This document shows, piece by piece, positions 52,101 through 63,391 of a stretch of 64,000 nt of DNA; positions within the stretch are counted from its first letter, which is position 1, and every line of letters starts with the position of its first letter. The stretch lies in the NCBI RefSeq assembly GCF_009914755.1, contig NC_060926.1. One strand, 5' to 3'. The position numbers were made by a program, and so were the translations under genes. The notes below the pieces were generated by a model. The model did no database searches and was not told where the DNA came from. It saw only the letters and a program-made list of their open reading frames with translations. The DNA comes from the human T2T-CHM13v2.0 reference genome, Homo sapiens.

Positions 52101-55100
52101 GAAGTGGACATTTGGAGCGCTCTCAGGACTACGGTGAAAAAGGAAATATCTTCCAATAAAAGCTACATAGAAGCAATGTCAGAAACTTTTTCATGATGTA
52201 TCTACTCAGCTAACAGAGTTGAACCTTTCCTTTGAGAGAGCAGTTTTGAAACACTCTTTTTGTTGAATCTGCAAGTGGATATTTGTCTAGCTTTGAGGAT
52301 TTCATTGGAAACGGGATTACATATAAAAAGCAGACAGCAGCATTCCCAGTAACTTCTTTGTGATGTTTGCATTCAAGTCACAGAGTTGAACATTCCCTTT
52401 CATAGAGCAGGTTTGAAACACTCTTTTTGTAGTATCTGGATGTGGACATTTGGAGCGCTTTCAGGCCTATGGTGAAAAAGGAAATATCTTCCTCTGAAAA
52501 CTAGACAGAAGCATTCTCAGAAACTTATTTGTGATGTGCGCCCTCAATTAACAGTGTTGAACCTTTCTTTTGATAGAGCAGTTTTGAAACACTCTTTTTG
52601 TAATATCTGCAAGAGGATATTTGGATAGCTTTGAGGATTTCGTTGGAAACGGGATTGTCTTCATATAAACTCTAGACAGAAGCATTCTCAGAACCTTCAT
52701 TGGGATGTTTCAATTGAAGTCACAGTGTTGAACAGTCCCTTTCATAGAGCAGGTTTGAAACACTCTTTTTGTAGTATCTGGAAGTGGACATTTGGAGCGC
52801 TCTCAGGACTCCGGTGATAAAGGAAATATCTTCCAATAAAAGCTAGATAGAAGCAATGTCAGAAACTTTTTCATGATGTATCTACTCAGCTAACAGAGTT
52901 GAACCTTTCTTTTGAGAGAGCAGTTTTGAAACACTCTTTTTGTGGAATCTGCAAGTGGATATTTGTCTAGCTTTGAGGATTTCGTTGGAAACGGGATTAC
53001 ATATAAAAAGCAGACAGCAGCATTCCCAGAATCTTCTTTGTGATGTTTCCATTCAAGTCACAGAGTTGAACATTCCCTTTCATAGAGCAGGTTTGAAACA
53101 CTCTTTTTGTAGTATCTGGATGTGGACATTTGGAGCGCTTTCAGGCCTATGGTGAAAAAGGAAATATCTTCCCCTGAAAACTAGACAGAAGCATTCTCAG
53201 AATCTTATTTGTGATGTGCGCCCTCAACTAACAGTGTTGAAGCTTTCTTTTGATAGAGCAGTTTTGAAACACTCTTTTTGTAAAATCTGCAAGAGGATAT
53301 TTGGATAGCTTTGAGGATTTCGTTGGAAACGGGATTGTCTTCATATAAACTCTAGACAGAAGCATTCTCAGAAGCTTCATTGGGATGTTTCAATTGAAGT
53401 CACAGTGTTGAACAGTCCCTTTCATAGAGCAGGTTTGAAACACTCTTTTTGTAGTATCTGGAAGTGGACATTTGGAGCGCTCTCAGGACTGGGGTGAAAA
53501 AGGAAATATCTTCCAATAAAAGCTAGATAGAAGCAATGTCAGAAACTTTTTCATGATGTATCTACTCAGCTAACAGAGTTGAACCTTCCTTTGAGAGAGC
53601 AGTTTTGAAACACTCGTTTTGTGGAATCTGCAAGTGGATATTTGTCTAGCTTTGAGGATTTCGTTGGAAACGGGATTACATATAAAAAGCAGACAGCAGC
53701 ATTCCCAGAAACTTCTTTGTGATGTTTGCATTCAAGTCACAGAGTTGAACATTCCCTTTCATAGAGCAGGTTTGAAACACTCTTTTTGTAGTATCTGGAT
53801 GTGGACATTTGCAGCGCTTTCAGGCCTAAGGTGAAAAAGGAAATATCTTCCCCTGAAAACTAGACAGAAGCATTCTCAGAAACTTATTTGTGATGTGCGC
53901 CCTCAACTAACAGTGTTGAAGCTTTCTTTTGATAGAGCAGTTTTGAAACACTCTTTTTGTAATATCTGCAAGAGGATATTTGGATAGCTTTGAGGATTTC
54001 GTTGGAAACGGGATTGTCTTCATATAAACTCTAGACAGAAGCATTCTCAGAAGCTTCATTGGGATGTTTCAATTGAAGTCACAGTGTTGAACAGTTCCTT
54101 TCATAGAACAGGTTTGAAACACTCTTTTTGTAGTATCTGGAAGTGGACATTTGGAGCGCTCTCAGGACTACGGTGAAAAAGGAAATATCTTCCAATAAAA
54201 GCTACATAGAAGCAATGTCAGAAACTTTTTCATGATGTATCTACTCAGCTAACAGAGTTGAACCTTTCCTTTGAGAGAGCAGTTTTGAAACACTCTTTTT
54301 GTTGAATCTGCAAGTGGATATTTGTCTAGCTTTGAGGATTTCGTTGGAAACGGGATTACATATAAAAAGCAGACAGCAGCATTCCCAGTAACTTCTTTGT
54401 GATGTTTGCATTCAAGTCACAGAGTTGAACATTCCCTTTCATAGAGCAGGTTTGAAACACACTTTTTGTAGTATCTGGATGTGGACATTTGGAGCGCTTT
54501 CAGGCCTATGGTGAAAAAGGAAATATCTTCCCCTGAAAACTAGACAGAAGCATTCTCAGAATCTTATTTGTGATGTGCGCCCTCAACTAACAGTGTTGAA
54601 GCTTTCTTTTGATAGAGCAGTTTTGAAACACTCTTTTTGTAAAATCTGCAAGAGGATATTTGGATAGCTTTGAGGATTTCGTTGGAAACGGGATTGTCTT
54701 CATATAAACTCTAGACAGAAGCATTCTCAGAAGCTTCATTGGGATGTTTCAATTGAAGTCACAGTGTTGAACAGTCCCTTTCATAGAGCAGGTTTGAAAC
54801 ACTCTTTTTGTAGTATCTGGAAGTGGACATTTGGAGCGCTCTCAGGACTGCGGTGAAAAAGGAAATATCTTCCAATAAAAGCTAGATAGAAGCAATGTCA
54901 GAAACTTTTTCATGATGTATCTACTCAGCTAACAGAGTTGAACCTTCCTTTGAGAGAGCAGTTTTGAAACACTCGTTTTGTGGAATCTGCAAGTGGATAT
55001 TTGTCTAGCTTTGAGGATTTCCTTGGAAACGGGATTACATATAAAAAGCAGACAGCAGCATTCCCAGAAACTTCTTTGTGATGTTTGCATTCAAGTCACA

Positions 55101-57098
55101 GAGTTGAACATTCCCTTTCATAGAGCAGGTTTGAAACACTCTTTTTGTAGTATCTGGATGTGGACATTTGCAGCGCTTTCAGGCCTAAGGTGAAAAAGGA
55201 AATATCTTCCCCTGAAAACTAGACAGAAGCATTCTCAGAAACTTATTTGTGATGTGCGCCCTCAACTAACAGTGTTGAAGCTTTCTTTTGATAGAGCAGT
55301 TTTGAAACACTCTTTTTGTAATATCTGCAAGAGGATATTTGGATAGCTTTGAGGATTTCGTTGGAAACGGGATTGTCTTCATATAAACTCTAGACAGAAG
55401 CATTCTCAGAAGCTTCATTGGGATGTTTCAATTGAAGTCACAGTGTTGAACAGTTCCTTTCATAGAACAGGTTTGAAACACTCTTTTTGTAGTATCTGGA
55501 AGTGGACATTTGGAGCGCTCCCAGGACTATGGTGAAAAAGGAAATATCTTCCAATAAAAGCTACATAGAAGCAATGTCAGAAACTTTTTCATGATGTATC
55601 TACTCAGCTTACAGAGTTGAAACTTTCCTTTGAGAGAGCAGTTTTGAAACACTCTTTTTGTGGAATCTGCAAGTGGATATTTGTCTAGCTTTGAGGATTT
55701 CGTTGGAAACGGGATTACATATAAAAAGCAGACAGCAGCATTCCCAGTAACTTCTTTGTGATGTTTGCATTCAAGTCACAGAGTTGAACATTCCCTTTCA
55801 TAGAGCAGGTTTGAAAAACTCCTTTTGTAGTATCTGGATGTGGACATTTGGAGCGCTTTCAGGCCTATGGTGAAAAAGGAAATATCTTCCCCTGAGAACT
55901 AGACAGAAGCATTCTCAGAAACTTATTTGTGATGTGCGCCCTCAACTAACAGTGTTGAACCTTTCTTTTGATAGAGCAGTTTTGAAACACTCTTTTTGTA
56001 ATATCTGCAAGAGGATATTTGGATAGCTTTGAGGATTTCGTTGGAAACGGGATTACATATAAAAAGCAGACAGCAGCATTCCCAGAATCTTGTTTGTGAT
56101 GTTTCCATTCAAGTCACAGAGTTGAACATTCCCTTTCAGAGAGCAGGTTTGAAACACTCTTTTTATAGTATCTGGATGTGGACATTTGGAGCGCTTTCAG
56201 GCCTATGGTGAAAAAGGAAATATCTTCTCCTGAAAACTAGACAGAAGCATTCTCAGAATCTTATTTGTGATGTGCCCCCTCAACTAACAGTGTTGAAGCT
56301 TTCTTTTGATAGAGCAGTTTTGAAACACTCTTTTCGTAAAATCTGCAAGAGGATATTTTGATAGCTTTGAGGATTTCATTGGAAACGGGATTGTCTTCAT
56401 ATAAACTCTAGACAGAAGCATTCTCAGAAGCTTCATTGGGATGTTTCAATTGAAGTCACAGTGTTGAACAGTCCCTTTCATAGAGCAGGTTTGAAACACT
56501 CTTTTTGTAGTATCTGGAAGTGGACATTTGGAGAGATCTCAGGAATACGGTGATAAAGGAAATATCTTCCAATAAAAGCTAGATAGAAGCAATGTCAGAA
56601 ACTTTTTCATGATGTATCTACTCAGCTAACAGAGTTGAACCTTTCTTTTGAGAGAGCAGTTTTGAAACACTCTTTTTGTGGAATCTGCAAGTGGATATTT
56701 GTCTAGCTTTGAGGATTTCGTTGGAAACGGGATTACATATAAAAAGCAGACAGCAGCATTCCCAGAAACTTCTTTGTGATGTTTGCATTCAAGTCACAGA
56801 GTTGAACATTCCCTTTCATAGAGCAGGTTTGAAACACTCTTTTTGAAGTATCTGGATGTGGACATTTGGAGCGCTTTCAGGCTTATGGTGAAAAAGGAAA
56901 TATCTTCCCCTGAAAACTAGACAGAAGAATTCTCAGAAACTTGTTTGTGATGTGCGCCCTCAACTAACAGTGTTGAAGCTTTCTTTTGATAGAGCAGTTT
57001 TGAAACACTCTTTTTGTAAAATCTGCAAGAGGATATTTGGATAGCTTTGAGGATTTCGTTGGAAACGGGATTGTCTTCATATAAACTCTAGACAGAAG
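36370..57098 (+). repeat. Sub-domain III: mostly 680-bp tetramers forming SNV-defined 8-mers and 12-mers, with three 6-mers and scattered hybrid tetramers
   Basis: XbaI spacing is 679-682 bp except 1017 (41118-42135), 1016 (50293-51309) and 1018 (55389-56407). Markers: agttcctttcatagaacagg, gtaatatctgc, cctttcctttg, cactcgtttt. Confidence 0.85.
46677..50855 (+). repeat. Tandem duplication with 2039-bp (12-monomer) period
   Basis: Variants recur at +2039: ccaatgaaagc 47061/49100, EcoRI gaattc 47414/49453, ggacctttgg 48031/50070, plus tgttaaatc, gaagcgtcatt and ggtttaaaagg. Confidence 0.88.
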
Positions 57099-60000
57099 CA
57101 TTCTCAGAAGCGTCATTGGGATGTTTCAATTGAAGTCACAGTGTTGAACAGTCCCTTTCATAGAGCAGGTTTGAAACACTCTTTTTGTAGTATCTGGATG
57201 TGGACATGTGGAGCGCTTTCAGGCCTATGGTTTAAAAGGAAATATCTTCCCCTGAAAACTAGACAGAAGCATTCTCAGAAACTTATTTGTGATGTGCGCC
57301 CTCAACTAACACTGTTGAAGCATTCTTTTGATTGAGCAGTTTTGAAACACTCTTTTTGTGGAATCTGCAAGTGGATATTTGTCTAGCTTTGAGGATTTCG
57401 CTGGAAACGGGATTACATATAAAAAGCAGACAGCAGCATTCCCAGAAACTTCTTTGTGATGTTTGCATTCAAGTCACAGAGTTGAACATTCCCTTTCATA
57501 GAGCAGGTTTGAAACACTCTTTTTGTAGTATCTGGATGTGGACATTTGGAGCGATTTCAGGCCTATGGTGAAAAAGGAAATATCTTCCCCTGAAAACTAG
57601 ACAGAAGCATTCTCAGGATCTTATTTGTGATGTGCGCCCTCAACTAACAGTGTTGAAGCTTTCTATTGATAGAGCAGTTTTGAAACACTCTTTTTGTAAA
57701 ATCTGCTAGAGGATATTTGGATAGCTTTGAGGATTTCTTTGGAAACGGGATTGTCTTCATATAAACTCTAGACAGAAGCATTCTCAGATGCTTCATTGGG
57801 ATGTTTCAATTGAAGTCACAGTGTTGAACAGTCCCTTTCATAGAGCAGGTTTGAAACACTCTTTTTGTAGTATCTGGATGTGGACATTTGGAGCGCTCTC
57901 AGGACTACGGTGAAAAAGGAAATATCTTCCAATAAAGGCTACATAGAAGCAATGTCAGAAACTATTTCATGATGTATCTACTCAGCTAACAGAGTTGAAC
58001 CTTTCTTTTGAGAGAGCAGTTTTGAAACACTCTTTTTGTGGAATCTGGAAGTGGATATTTGTCTAGCTTTTAGGATTTCGTTGGAAACGGGATTACATAT
58101 AAAAAGCAGACAGCAGGATTCCCAGTAACTTCTTTGTGATGTTTGCATTCAAGTCACAGAGTTGAACATTCCCTTTCATAGAGCAGGTTTGAAACACTCT
58201 TTTTGTAGTATCTGTATGTGGACATTTGGAGCGCTTTCAGGCCTATGGTGAAAAAGGAAATATCTTCCCCTGAAAACTAGACAGAAGCATTCTCAGAATC
58301 TTATTTGTGATGAGCGCCCTCAACTAACAGTGTTGAAGCTTTCTTTTGATAGAGCAGTTTTGAAACACTCTTTTTGTAAAATCTGCAAGAGGATATTTGG
58401 ATAGCTTTGAGGATTTCGTTGGAAACGGGATTGTCTTCATATAAACTCTAGACAGAAGCATTCTCAGAAGCTTCATTGGGATGTTTCAATTGAAGTCACA
58501 GTGTTGAACAGTCCCTTTCATAGAGCAGGTTTGAAACACTCTTTTTGTAGTATCTGGATGTGGACATTTGGAGCGCTTTCAGGCCTATGGTGAAAAAGGA
58601 AATATCTTCCCCTGAAAACTAGACAGAAGCATTCTCAGAAACTTATTTGTGATGTGCGCCCTCAACTAACAGTGTTGAAGCTTTCTTTTGATAGAGCAGT
58701 TTTGAAACACTCTTTTTGTGGAATCTGCAAGTGGATATTTGTCTAGCTTTGAGGATTTCCTTGGAAACGGGATTACATATAAAAAGCAGACAGCAGCATT
58801 CCCAGAATCTTCTTTGTGATGTTTGCATTCAAGTCACAGAGTTGAACATTCCCTTTCATAGAGCAGGTTTGAAACACTCTTTTTGTAGTATCTGGATGTG
58901 GACATTTGGAGCGCTTTCAGGCCTATGGTGAAAAAGGAAATATCTTCTCCTGAAAACTAGACAGAAGCATTCTCAGAATCTTATTTGTGATGTGCGCCCT
59001 CAACTAACAGTGTTGAAGCTTTCTTTTGATAGAGCAGTTTTGAAACACTCTTTTTGTAAAATCTGCAAGAGGATATTTGGATAGCTTTGAGGATTTCATT
59101 GGAAACGGGATTGTCTTCATATAAACTCTAGACAGAAGTATTCTCAGAAGCTTCATTGGGATGTTTCAATTGAAGTCACAGTGTTGAACAGTCCCTTTCA
59201 TAGAGCAGGTTTGAAACACTCTTTTTGTAGTATCTGGAAGTGGACATTTGGAGCGCTCTCAGGACTACGGTGAAAAAGGAAATATCTTCCAATAAAAGCT
59301 ACATAGAAGCAATGTCAGAAACTTTTTCATGATGTATCTACTCAGCTAACAGAGTTGAACCTTTCTTTTGAGAGAGCAGTTTTGAAACACTCTTTTTGTG
59401 GAATCTGGAAGTGGATATTTGTCTAGCTTTGAGGATTTCGTTGGAAACGGGATTACATATAAAAAGCAGACAGCAGCATTCCCAGTAACTTCTTTGTGAT
59501 GTTTGCATTCAAGTCACAGAGTTGAACATTCCCTTTCATAGAGCAGGTTTGAAACACTCTTTTTGTAGTATCTGGATGTGGACATTTGGAGCGCTTTCAG
59601 GCCTATGGTGAAAAAGGAAATATCTTCCCCTGAAAACTAGACAGAAGCATTCTCAGAATCTTATTTGTGATGTGCGCCCTCAACTAACAGTGTTGAAGCT
59701 TTCTTTTGATAGAGCAGTTTTGAAACACTCTTTTTGTAAAATCTGCAAGAGGATATTTGGATAGCTTTGAGGATTTCTTTGGAAACGGGATTGTCTTCAT
59801 ATAAACTCTAGACAGAAGCATTCTCAGAAGCTTCATTGGGATGTTTCAATTGAAGTCACAGTGTTGAACAGTCCCTTTCATAGAGCAGGTTTGAAACACT
59901 CTTTTTGTAGTATCTGGATGTGGACATTTGGAGCGCTTTCAGGCCTATGGTGAAAAAGGAAATATCTTCCCCTGAAAACTAGACAGAAGCATTCTCAGAA

Positions 60001-62540
60001 ACTTATTTGTGATGTGCGCCCTCAACTAACAGTGTTGAAGCTTTCTTTTGATAGAGTAGTTTTTAAACACTCTTTTTGTGGAATCTGCAAGTTGATGTTT
60101 TTCTAGCTTTGAGGATTTCGTTGGAAACGGGATTACATATAAAAAGCAGACAGCAGCATTCCCAGAATCTTGTTTGTGATGTTTGCATTCAAGTCACAGA
60201 GTTGAACATTCCCTTTCAGAGAGCAGGTTTGAAACACTCTTTTTATAGTATCTGGATGTGGACATTTGGAGCGCTTTCAGGCCTATGGTGAAAAAAGAAA
60301 TATCTTCCCCTGAAAACTAGACAGAAGCATTCTCAGAATCTTATTTCTGATGTGCGCCCTCAACTAACAGTGTTGAAGCTTTCTTTTGATAGAGCAGTTT
60401 TGAAACACTCTTTTCGTAAAATCTGCAAGAGGATATTTTGATAGCTTTGAGGATTTCGTTGGAAACGGGATTGTCTTCATATAAACTCTAGACAGAAGCA
60501 TTCTCAGAAGCTTCATTGGGATGTTTCAATTGAAGTCACAGGGTTGAACAGTCCCTTTCATAGAGCAGGTTTGAAACACTCTTTTTGTAGTATCTGGAAG
60601 TGGACATTTGGAGAGATCTCAGGAATACGGTGATAAAGGAAATATCTTCCAATAAAAGCTAGATAGAAGCAATGTCAGAAACTTTTTCATGATGTATCTA
60701 CTCAGCTAACAGAGTTGAACCTTTCTTTTGAGAGAGCAGTTTTGAAACACTCTTTTTGTGGAATCTGCAAGTGGATATTTGTCTAGCTTTGAGGATTTCG
60801 TTGGAAACAGGATTACATATAAAAAGCAGACAGCAGCATTCCCAGAAACTTCTTTGTGATGTTTGCATTCAAGTCACAGAGTTGAACATTCCCTTTCATA
60901 GAGCAGGTTTGAAACAGTCTTTTTGTAGTATCTGGATGTGGACATTTGGAGCGCTTTCAGGCCTATGGTGAAAAAGGAAATATCTTCCCCTGAAAACCAG
61001 ACAGAAGCATTCTCAGAATTTTATTTGTCATGTGCGCCCTCAACTAACAGTGTTGAAGCTTTCTTTTGATAGAGCAGTTTTGAAACACTCTTTTTGTAAA
61101 ATCTGCTAGAGGATATTTGGATAGCTTTGAGGATTTCTTTGGAAACGGGATTGTCTTCATATAAACTCTAGACAGAAGCATTCTCAGATGCTTCATTGGG
61201 ATGTTTCAATTGAAGTCACAGTGTTGAACAGTCCCTTTCATAGAGCAGGTTTGAAACACTCTTTTTGTAGTATCTGGATGTGGACATTTGGAGCGCTTTC
61301 AGGCCTATGGTGAAAAAGGAAATATCTTCCCCTGAAAACTAGACAGAAGCATTCTCAGAAACTTATTTGTGATGTGCGCCCTCAACTAACAGTTTTGAAG
61401 CTTTCTTTTGATAGAGCAGTTTTGAAACACTCTTTTTGTGGAATCTGCAAGTGGATATTTGTCTAGCTTTGAGGATTTCATTGGAAACGGGATTACATAT
61501 AAAAAGCAGACAGCAGCATTCCCAGAAACTTCTTTGTGATGTTCGCATTCAAGTCACACAGTTGAACATTCCCTTTCATAGAGCAGGTTTGAAACACTCT
61601 TTTTGTAGTATCTGGATGTGGACATTTGGAGCGCTTTCAGGCCTATGGTGAAAAAGGATATATCTTCCCCTGAAAACTAGACAGAAGCATTCTCAGAAAC
61701 TTATTTGTGATGTGCGCCCTCAACTAACAGTGTTGAACCTTTCTTTTCATAGAGCAGTTTTGAAACACTCTTTTTGTAATATCTGCAAGAGGATATTTGG
61801 ATAGCTTTGAGGATTTCGTTGGAAACGGGATTGTCTTCATATAAACTCTAGATAGAAGCATTCTCAGAAGCTTCATTGGGATGTTTCAATTGAAGTCACA
61901 GTGTTGAACAGTCCCTTTCATAGAGCAGGTTTGAAACACTCTTTTTGTAGTATCTGGAAGTGGACATTTGGAGAGATCTCAGGAATACGGTGAAAAAGGA
62001 AATATCTTCCAATAAAAGCTAGATAGAAGCAATGTCAGAAACTTTTTCATGATGTATCTACTCAGCTAACAGAGTTGAACCTTTCTTTTGAGAGAGAGCA
62101 GTTTTGAAACACTCTTTTTGTGGAATCTGCAAGTGGATATTTGTCTAGCTTTGAGGATTTCGTTGGAAACGGGATTACATATAAAAAGCACACAGCAGCA
62201 TTCCCAGAAACTTCTTTGTGAAGTTTGCATTCAAGTCACAGAGTTGAACATTCCCTTTCATAGAGCAGGTTTGAAACACTCTTTTTGTAGTATCTGTATG
62301 TGGACATTTGGAGCGCTTTCAGGCCTATGGTGAAAAAGGAAATATCTTCCCCTGAAAACTAGACAGAAGCATTCTCAGAATCTTATTTGTGATGTGCGCC
62401 CTCAACTAACAGTGTTGAAGCTTTCTTTTGATAGAGCAGTTTTGAAACACTCTTTTTGTAAAATCTGCAAGAGGATATTTGGATAGCTTTGAGGATTTCG
62501 TTGGAAACGGGATTGTCTTCATATAAACTCTAGACAGAAG
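57099..62540 (+). repeat. Sub-domain IV: return of the 1360-bp hybrid 8-mer
   Basis: m1/3-m4/2 hybrid tetramers start at 57099, 58459, 59819 and 61179. The domain-I markers atctgctaga, tttctttggaaac, cagatgctt and ggaaacagga reappear. Confidence 0.87.
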
Positions 62541-63391
62541 CATTCTCAGAAGCTTCATTGGGATGTTTCAATTGAAGTCACAGAGTTGAACATTCCCTTT
62601 CATAGAGCAGGTTTGAAACACTCTTTTTGTAGTATCTGGATGTGGACATTTGCAGCGCTTTCAGGCCTAAGGTGAAAAAGGAAATATCTTCCCCTGAAAA
62701 CTAGACAGAAGCATTCTAAGAAGCTTCATTGGGATGTTTCAATTGAAGTCACAGTGTTGAACAGTCCCTTTCATAGAGCAGGTTTGAAACACTCTTTTTG
62801 TAGTATCTGGAAGTGGACATTTGGAGAGATCTCAGGAATACGGTGATAAAGGAAATATCTTCCAATAAAAGCTAGATAGAAGCAATGTCAGAAACTTTTT
62901 CATGATGTATCTACTCAGCTAACAGAGTTGAACCTTTCTTTTGAGAGAGCAGTTTTGAAACACTCTTTTTGTGGAATCTGCAAGTGGATATTTGTCTAGC
63001 TTTGAGGATTTCGTTGGAAACGGGATTACATATAAAAAGCAGACAGCAGCATTCCCAGAAACTTCTTTGTGATGTTTGCATTCAAGTCACAGAGTTGAAC
63101 ATTCCCTTTCATAGAGCAGGTTTGAGACACTCTTTTTGTAGTATCTGGATGTGGACATTTGGAGCGCTTTCAGGCCTATGGTGAAAAAGGAAATATCTTC
63201 CCCTGAAAACTAGACAGAAGCATTCTCAGAAACTTATTTGTGATGTGCGCCCTCAACTAACAGTGTTGAAGCTTTCTTTTGATAGAGCAGTTTTGAAACA
63301 CTCTTTTTGTAATATCTGCAAGAGGATATTTGGATAGCTTTGAGGATTTCGTTGGAAACGGGATTGTCTTCATATAAACTCTAGACAGAAG
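62541..63391 (+). repeat. 851-bp 5-mer variant with two adjacent A-type monomers (m1/3 + m1 + m2 + m3 + m4)
   Basis: XbaI 62529 to 63380 = 680 + 171 bp. Monomer 62541-62711 ends as m3 (cccctgaaaactagacagaag) and is followed directly by m1 (cattctaagaagcttcattggg), with no B monomer between. Confidence 0.93.

Noticed and set aside
6784-56932. Sporadic EcoRI sites (6784, 8144, 12224, 33272, 40278, 47414, 49453, 56927) as a HOR-defining period
   Set aside because: They come from two different SNVs and are irregularly spaced. They mark local duplications only, and argue against an EcoRI-defined 1360-bp array.
9164-57412. CENP-B box variants at 9164, 13244, 15623, 16302, 30218 and 57396, and first-base changes at 6786, 8146, 12226 and 33274
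   Set aside because: The changes fall at non-core (N) positions of the consensus, so these boxes were not counted as disrupted.
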